DNA from: a virus
Taxonomy: Duplodnaviria > Caudoviricetes
DNA: 52,337 nucleotides
Strand: one strand, 5' to 3'
IMG/VR virus record: IMGVR_UViG_3300035199_000755
Span: 1-52,337 of that record
Below, one piece after another: positions 47,544-52,337 of this stretch. Each line of letters starts with the position of its first letter. Position 1 is the stretch's first letter. The notes below the pieces were generated by a model. That model was not told the DNA's origin. It made no database searches and saw nothing but the letters and a program-made list of their open reading frames with translations. The translations under genes and the position numbers were made by a program.

Positions 47544-48714
47544 GTTTTATCTCCACATAAAATTCGTTCTTAAACCCTGGTATACTACACAATTCATGAC
47601 GGTACTTGCTCACATCAAAATCCGGAGCACAATCAAGAACGATACAATCATGAATCACAAATAATGGTATACACTGCTCGCTATATTGTTCAAGAGAACT
47701 AAACATTGAAGCGAACCCTAGCAGCGCTGCATCAGCAGCCGTAGATTGAACATAGTGATTGTATAAAATTGCAGGTGATTTTTTATCTGCAAAAATTGGT
47801 CGTCCAAAATAGTTTCTCATGCATCCATCTACGACGGCATCTGTAACCTTTTTTACAATTCTCTTAACACAAAAAAGTTCCTTTAAGCTAGATGATAACT
47901 TATACGCGTTTGACTTTGGTAAACCCGTTAGTTCCGACACCTTTTTTGTTCCAGCACCATACAATATGGAAAGCACAGCACGCTTAATAATATCTCGCGA
48001 TAGTCCGAGATTAAGATCTTGTTCAATTTGCGTGTATATATCACGCTCCGGAGTGCCGCCCGCTACCGCTAAAGCGATCCGCGGCTCTAATGAAACATAG
48101 TCGATAAATACAATTTTGCCGGACGGGAAGCGGCTCTTTATAATACCCCTTGCCGTTTTTGGTAGTGTCAGAATCCTTGGACCGGATGCGACAGTAAGTC
48201 GACCGGTCGCAGTCTTAAAACGATCATAGCATACTCTCTCGGCAAAACCAGAGGCATTGGCCTCAAAGGAATCTAACGTGGACGTATCGCCGTGTGTGGA
48301 ACGGCATAGTCTATTTAACTTTGGCACGTCGATTGATGCGTGTCCGAGGGAATCCAGAAGTGTCTGTTGGGCTCGAAAAGTATTTACCACATAGTTCCAT
48401 GTTTGCCCACTTAGAATGTCATCAGCAGTGGTTAGAAGAGACGATACGTATTCACGGAACCTACCCGTAGGAAGTAACTTACTCCAGCGGGGGGAATCGG
48501 GATCGATGCCGATGCAGGATACAACACTGCGGTACGCTTCTGGAACGGTCGGTCGATCCAGGCGTTGGAGTCGGAGGGCGGTATCTAGATCTCCGTTCGA
48601 GCCGTTAAAACTGGGCTGGGTCTCCACGTCTGTCCATCTAAATTCCCTTGGTTCGGTTTTTACCCGCAGGTGGGAATGGGTACCAAGTAACTCCTTTGAT
48701 AAAACAAAATCCAT
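47536..48714 (-). CDS. minimal family A DNA polymerase (polymerase core only)
   Basis: TATGRL, motif A IDYVSLEPR, motif B R.IIK...LSILYG, N..VQSTAAD, motif C IHD. Confidence 0.85.
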   Translation of the reverse strand: MDFVLSKELLGTHSHLRVKTEPREFRWTDVETQPSFNGSNGDLDTALRLQRLDRPTVPEAYRSVVSCIGIDPDSPRWSKLLPTGRFREYVSSLLTTADDILSGQTWNYVVNTFRAQQTLLDSLGHASIDVPKLNRLCRSTHGDTSTLDSFEANASGFAERVCYDRFKTATGRLTVASGPRILTLPKTARGIIKSRFPSGKIVFIDYVSLEPRIALAVAGGTPERDIYTQIEQDLNLGLSRDIIKRAVLSILYGAGTKKVSELTGLPKSNAYKLSSSLKELFCVKRIVKKVTDAVVDGCMRNYFGRPIFADKKSPAILYNHYVQSTAADAALLGFASMFSSLEQYSEQCIPLFVIHDCIVLDCAPDFDVSKYRHELCSIPGFKNEFYVEIKHG

Positions 48715-48719
48715 GCATT

Positions 48720-48749
48720 ATTATACATCACGGCAAGGTGGGTTGTACA
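48720..48749 (-). promoter_or_regulatory. sigma70-like promoter TGTACA-N18-TATAAT
   Basis: Extended TG-TATAAT, 5 nt before the PolA ATG. Confidence 0.55.
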
Positions 48750-48762
48750 GAGTTAAATCCAA

Positions 48763-51516
48763 CTATGATGAAGGGGATTGTTTGGCAGAAACGGCAGCGA
48801 TGCCCTGTTGGACTGTCGCCTGCATCGATGCAAACGTTCCATATGAGTAGATAGACATTGCTGTAAAGTTTGATGTAAAGCTGCCGGGGGCAAAAGTATG
48901 GCTTAGCTTTGAAATCATGTATATGTTATCTGCATTTGTTCCAGTGTCAAAATCTATATAAAGCTGTTGCCCGAAGCTTAAAAAAGGACAACCGAGTATG
49001 GAGAAACTTACCTGCGTTGGTAGTATTTCCTGCGGCATGTTTCCCGTCGTGCCGCCGGTTGGACTGCCGGCACCAGCCGGGGTGGAAGAAAGACGAGCAG
49101 AAAGCAAACCAGAGTGTGTAAGACTACTAAGACCAGCAGCCTTTATGACTGAGGCGGATGTTCCATACCTGATGGCTGGAGCCAGCTTTGGCATTACTTC
49201 CGCCACCTTGCTCGATATCGGATGGAGGGAGACTGTAGCATTTCCAGCCAGTACCGCCGCGATCTGGGCGGCGGCGTCGCCTGCGGCGGATGTCGAAATC
49301 AATCCTTTGCTTAAGAGTTGCTGCAGCTGCGCACCGAAAAGGGTGCCGTCAAATTCGCCGAAGTCAGTGCGATTGAAAGACTGTGCTGCGCCCACATCAC
49401 CAAGAAGAAGAGCCTTGGCTGCCGTGTAGGGAGTGGAATTCATATCAAAGATGTGTATTCGAACAATGTTCATATCCCCAGTCAATGATGCTGGTTCCCC
49501 ATCGTCCGCCATTGTCGATGTGGTGGACATGTATATCGTGACATGGGGTCGTTGAAATGTTCCGCCGTAGGTATTGGCGCTGCGGCCTTTTGATCGGACC
49601 TGTCGAGGACCGCTGCCGCCCTTCGCGCCGACAAGATCGACGTTGCTTAATCCGTACGCCGGTGAGTCGTCCTTCTTTACAAAATCCGACTGAATTATAT
49701 TAAACATCGCCTGTAGGGGTAGGTTTGCCCTCCGGTTATCTTGAAAATACTTTGTTAAGCGCGCATAGAGGGGAGCTTTCTTTATTGGAAACGACGCAAC
49801 AGAGCGGCTTCGCATCCTGGCGGCATTGGCGTTGAACGGATAGTATATGAACTGAAACTCTTTAATACTACCCCCACCAAAGGCCAGGATTGACTGTCCG
49901 TGGAGCGTTGCAACCAGTTTTCCAAGGGAAATCCACTGCTTCGTTGAGAAATTCCCCTCGTTCGGGAGCCATGGATCCTTTCCTGTGGCGAAGGCCTTGT
50001 CCAGCTTGGATTTTGTGGCACCAAGTCGTTGTCGGCCAGTATCATTGTTTTTGTTCGTAAGGGCCCTAGCCAGTTCTTCGAGCTTTGACTTTATGCTCGA
50101 TATACCTGCAGCTAAACATGCTTCGATTTGCGCCTTGACCTCGTTGGTATATGTTCTATCATTGAGACCCTCCATAACAAAAGCTGGAAGGACTTGTCCA
50201 CGTTGGGCGAGGGCACCGGTGGACTGGTTTTGCTGGACCAGCGTTGCAATGTGTTCCCTTAAGGCCCGGATGTTCTGTCCTTCCGAAAGGGAGCCATGGG
50301 TCGAGCCTGTATCAAGAAACTCAAAGTGTTGGGATCCCTCCGTTGCTATCGATATGTTTATGTCGAAACCACCCGTTTGGGAAAGGACATAGCTTGTATT
50401 GTATACCCTATACACCTCGGTCGTTCGCATTTGGTTTAACACCCGAGCAAAAATGTTTCCAGCTGGATTTGGAACCCGATACCCCGACGTAATTACAAGA
50501 TACGTGCTACCCATAAACCTGGGAGATACCAACTCAGACAGCTCGTCCAATCGACTACGATCATGGAGGCGGAGCTGGAGGTTACCGTTCTTGTAGTATT
50601 GAAGACCACCGGCCGAGGTGACATTAAGTGATAGCGATTTTATCGATGCCAGGGGTTGGAATGGGTCGATTATCTTTGATCGACGACCTGCGGCGACGCC
50701 AGATAACCTAGAGCGACTGTCTGTTGACACAAGCGTCTGGGGTGATAGAAATATCTCACTTCCCGCTACGCCAAAACCCTTTAGGTGGCCGGCATTGCCC
50801 TGGTTAGACTCAGTGAACCTCTTTGGTTGGGCCTTTACGATTGAGGATGTTTCGTCTACATTCTTTGCACCCTCTAGATAAAAATACAGGCTACCCTTCG
50901 GAATTGACGGTTTGACCGTCCCACCGGCTTTAGCATACAGGTCTCCGCTTCTGTCGGTAATGACATCGATCCGTAGGTAGGGAGTTGCCATGCTGAGCAC
51001 TGTCGATGGCATCGCATTAAAAAACAACTCGACAATCCTAGTGTTAAACGTCGCTGGAGAAACGACAGTAGAGTTTATACAGACATTTGTAATCTTTGCC
51101 CCGCTCGATGCTGCGTACGTGAGACCGGTTATCTGCTTAAAGCTATGAGCGGTTTTGTCCTTGACCTTAAGACCACTTGCCACGTGGCCGGGCTTATCGT
51201 GCATGTAGACTGATACCATGTTTTTTAGGGTTGCGGATGCTGGACCCTTGAGTGCTGCTAAAAGTTTTTCTCCGGATATGCCGCCAGAGGCACCCTCGAT
51301 GAGACCTGCGATGACCCTGCGATCAGCCTTATTGTTTCTAGACATTAGACCGCCGAGGCTCTGTCCGTTGCTAGCACCACTGTCACTTTTATTGGAGCCA
51401 ATGGAGAGCAGGCCCATGAACGTTGCAAGCTCCTCTATAAGTTCATGTACCTTCTCAGTGGTTGGTTGCTCGTCTTGTACAGGAGCTGACGTGGCTGATG
51501 TTGGCGGCGTTGACAC
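48763..51516 (-). CDS. baseplate hub / tail structural protein
   Basis: 917 aa; C-terminal SILGCPFLSFGQQLYIDF.TGT..DNIY.I.KLSH.F.PG.FTS is typical of gp27/gpD-like hubs; follows a LysM-type gene. Confidence 0.65.
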   Translation of the reverse strand: MSTPPTSATSAPVQDEQPTTEKVHELIEELATFMGLLSIGSNKSDSGASNGQSLGGLMSRNNKADRRVIAGLIEGASGGISGEKLLAALKGPASATLKNMVSVYMHDKPGHVASGLKVKDKTAHSFKQITGLTYAASSGAKITNVCINSTVVSPATFNTRIVELFFNAMPSTVLSMATPYLRIDVITDRSGDLYAKAGGTVKPSIPKGSLYFYLEGAKNVDETSSIVKAQPKRFTESNQGNAGHLKGFGVAGSEIFLSPQTLVSTDSRSRLSGVAAGRRSKIIDPFQPLASIKSLSLNVTSAGGLQYYKNGNLQLRLHDRSRLDELSELVSPRFMGSTYLVITSGYRVPNPAGNIFARVLNQMRTTEVYRVYNTSYVLSQTGGFDINISIATEGSQHFEFLDTGSTHGSLSEGQNIRALREHIATLVQQNQSTGALAQRGQVLPAFVMEGLNDRTYTNEVKAQIEACLAAGISSIKSKLEELARALTNKNNDTGRQRLGATKSKLDKAFATGKDPWLPNEGNFSTKQWISLGKLVATLHGQSILAFGGGSIKEFQFIYYPFNANAARMRSRSVASFPIKKAPLYARLTKYFQDNRRANLPLQAMFNIIQSDFVKKDDSPAYGLSNVDLVGAKGGSGPRQVRSKGRSANTYGGTFQRPHVTIYMSTTSTMADDGEPASLTGDMNIVRIHIFDMNSTPYTAAKALLLGDVGAAQSFNRTDFGEFDGTLFGAQLQQLLSKGLISTSAAGDAAAQIAAVLAGNATVSLHPISSKVAEVMPKLAPAIRYGTSASVIKAAGLSSLTHSGLLSARLSSTPAGAGSPTGGTTGNMPQEILPTQVSFSILGCPFLSFGQQLYIDFDTGTNADNIYMISKLSHTFAPGSFTSNFTAMSIYSYGTFASMQATVQQGIAAVSAKQSPSS

Positions 51517-51526
51517 TTAATTCTCC

Positions 51527-51835
51527 CTATCCGATGATATCCGTTATGCTTGATAGGTCTGTCGGTATGAGTAGCTGTGTACCACCCTGGATCTGTAGCC
51601 CCCACCCAATATTTGATGTAGCGGCAATGATCCACCATAGTTTACTATCTCCCCAGATTCGACCTGCAACGATGTCCAATCGATCAGTCGTTACAGCCGT
51701 GTACCCATAGACAATTATCGAACCGTTTGATACACCTTCACGGATGGCGCGAACATATTCTGGCGTCGCATACAGCGCATCACCCTGCTCATTCCTTAGT
51801 ATTCCCGTCCTATCGTATCTATTGATTGTGGCCAC
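51527..51835 (-). CDS. LysM / tail protein X (gp53-like baseplate) protein
   Basis: DRLDIVAGRIWGDSKLWWIIAA...GTQLLIP. Confidence 0.85.
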   Translation of the reverse strand: MATINRYDRTGILRNEQGDALYATPEYVRAIREGVSNGSIIVYGYTAVTTDRLDIVAGRIWGDSKLWWIIAATSNIGWGLQIQGGTQLLIPTDLSSITDIIG

Positions 51836-51852
51836 TTTTTATCGCTATCCCC

Positions 51853-52337
51853 CTAGGAAGTCGTATTGTTCTTTGTTGTGTTGGTGCTATTGACCTGATC
51901 GCCTGTCCACTTCTGTATATCCTTGACCCTGGCCTCACCGTGGTCGCCGTTATTCATGTGGGCATCGCCGCCGATAAGACCCATCGACGCCTCGCCGACA
52001 CCGTAGACCGGAGAACGATTAACGCCCATCGAATCCAGACCGGGAACGATATCGTGAACGACCTGAAAGTCCATACTGATTCGACACGCATTCGGGGCCC
52101 TACGACCGATGATACCCTTTGCATCACCGACATTCCACATAAAATTATCCATCCAGTTAAAGTTCATATTTGTACACACACCCGCGAGGCCACGGCCGGG
52201 AGAGCCCTCGGAGAAGCTTCTGATTATCGGATTCGCCGTAGAGGTGGAAGTGCCCGCTTCGGTGGTGGCGGCGAAGAGCTTCTGGGGATTATTGGATATG
52301 TCAGCCGCCGCATCAAGAGCGGCCTTTAGTGCAGCGG
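51853..52337 (-). CDS. tail tube initiator / baseplate protein, C-terminal part (gene starts beyond the right edge)
   Basis: Frame stays open to the window end (…NPIIRSFSEGSPGRGLAGVCTNMNFNW…RAP.ACRISMDF.VVHD); precedes the LysM and hub genes. Confidence 0.55.
   Translation of the reverse strand, partial: AALKAALDAAADISNNPQKLFAATTEAGTSTSTANPIIRSFSEGSPGRGLAGVCTNMNFNWMDNFMWNVGDAKGIIGRRAPNACRISMDFQVVHDIVPGLDSMGVNRSPVYGVGEASMGLIGGDAHMNNGDHGEARVKDIQKWTGDQVNSTNTTKNNTTS

Noticed and set aside
121-52329. Numerous short plus-strand and nested ORFs in the track (e.g. 7401-7718, 16284-16652, 48998-49429, 51826-52329)
   Set aside because: They are antisense or alternate-frame shadows of well-supported genes, with no motifs or RBS.
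1-52337. Bacterial chromosome (dnaK, dnaJ, dnaE, recA, guaB) or eukaryotic giant virus
   Set aside because: gp32-like SSB, gp41-like helicase, baseplate LysM/hub genes, tail fibres, holin, SD sites and dense unidirectional packing indicate a large tailed phage.
1-52337. Stop-codon reassignment as in some huge phages
   Set aside because: Conserved genes are full-length in code 11, and TAA, TAG and TGA all terminate genes.
1-52337. tRNA or other structured RNA genes
   Set aside because: Intergenic gaps are short and AT-rich; no cloverleaf or T-loop motif was recognised by eye.

Overview
The window is a dense, almost entirely minus-strand segment of a large (jumbo/huge) tailed dsDNA phage genome using the standard genetic code. 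From right to left it holds: baseplate/tail genes (48.7-52.3 kb); a T4-like replication/recombination block (minimal PolA, HD hydrolase, nucleotidyltransferase, gp32-like SSB, RecA/UvsX, 5'-3' exonuclease, DnaB/gp41 helicase, class II RNR, ThyX); cell-wall enzymes and an Hsp20-DnaK-DnaJ cluster; an all-alpha dUTP/dCTP pyrophosphatase; DnaE (Pol III alpha); three repeat-built tail-fibre genes; a tubulin/PhuZ-like GTPase; and nucleotide-metabolism, lysis-like and unknown genes. The main candidate novel system is a tightly coupled operon at 9.1-14.7 kb: UDP-xylose synthase, UDP-pyranose mutase (Glf), dNMP kinase, T4 beta-glucosyltransferase-like enzyme, SDR 4-epimerase and a dCMP-type thymidylate-synthase homolog. 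It predicts DNA cytosine hypermodification with a pentose/furanose, most parsimoniously L-arabinofuranosyl-5-hydroxymethylcytosine made via UDP-GlcA -> UDP-Xyl -> UDP-L-Arap -> UDP-L-Araf. All calls come from motif recognition by eye; no searches were run.
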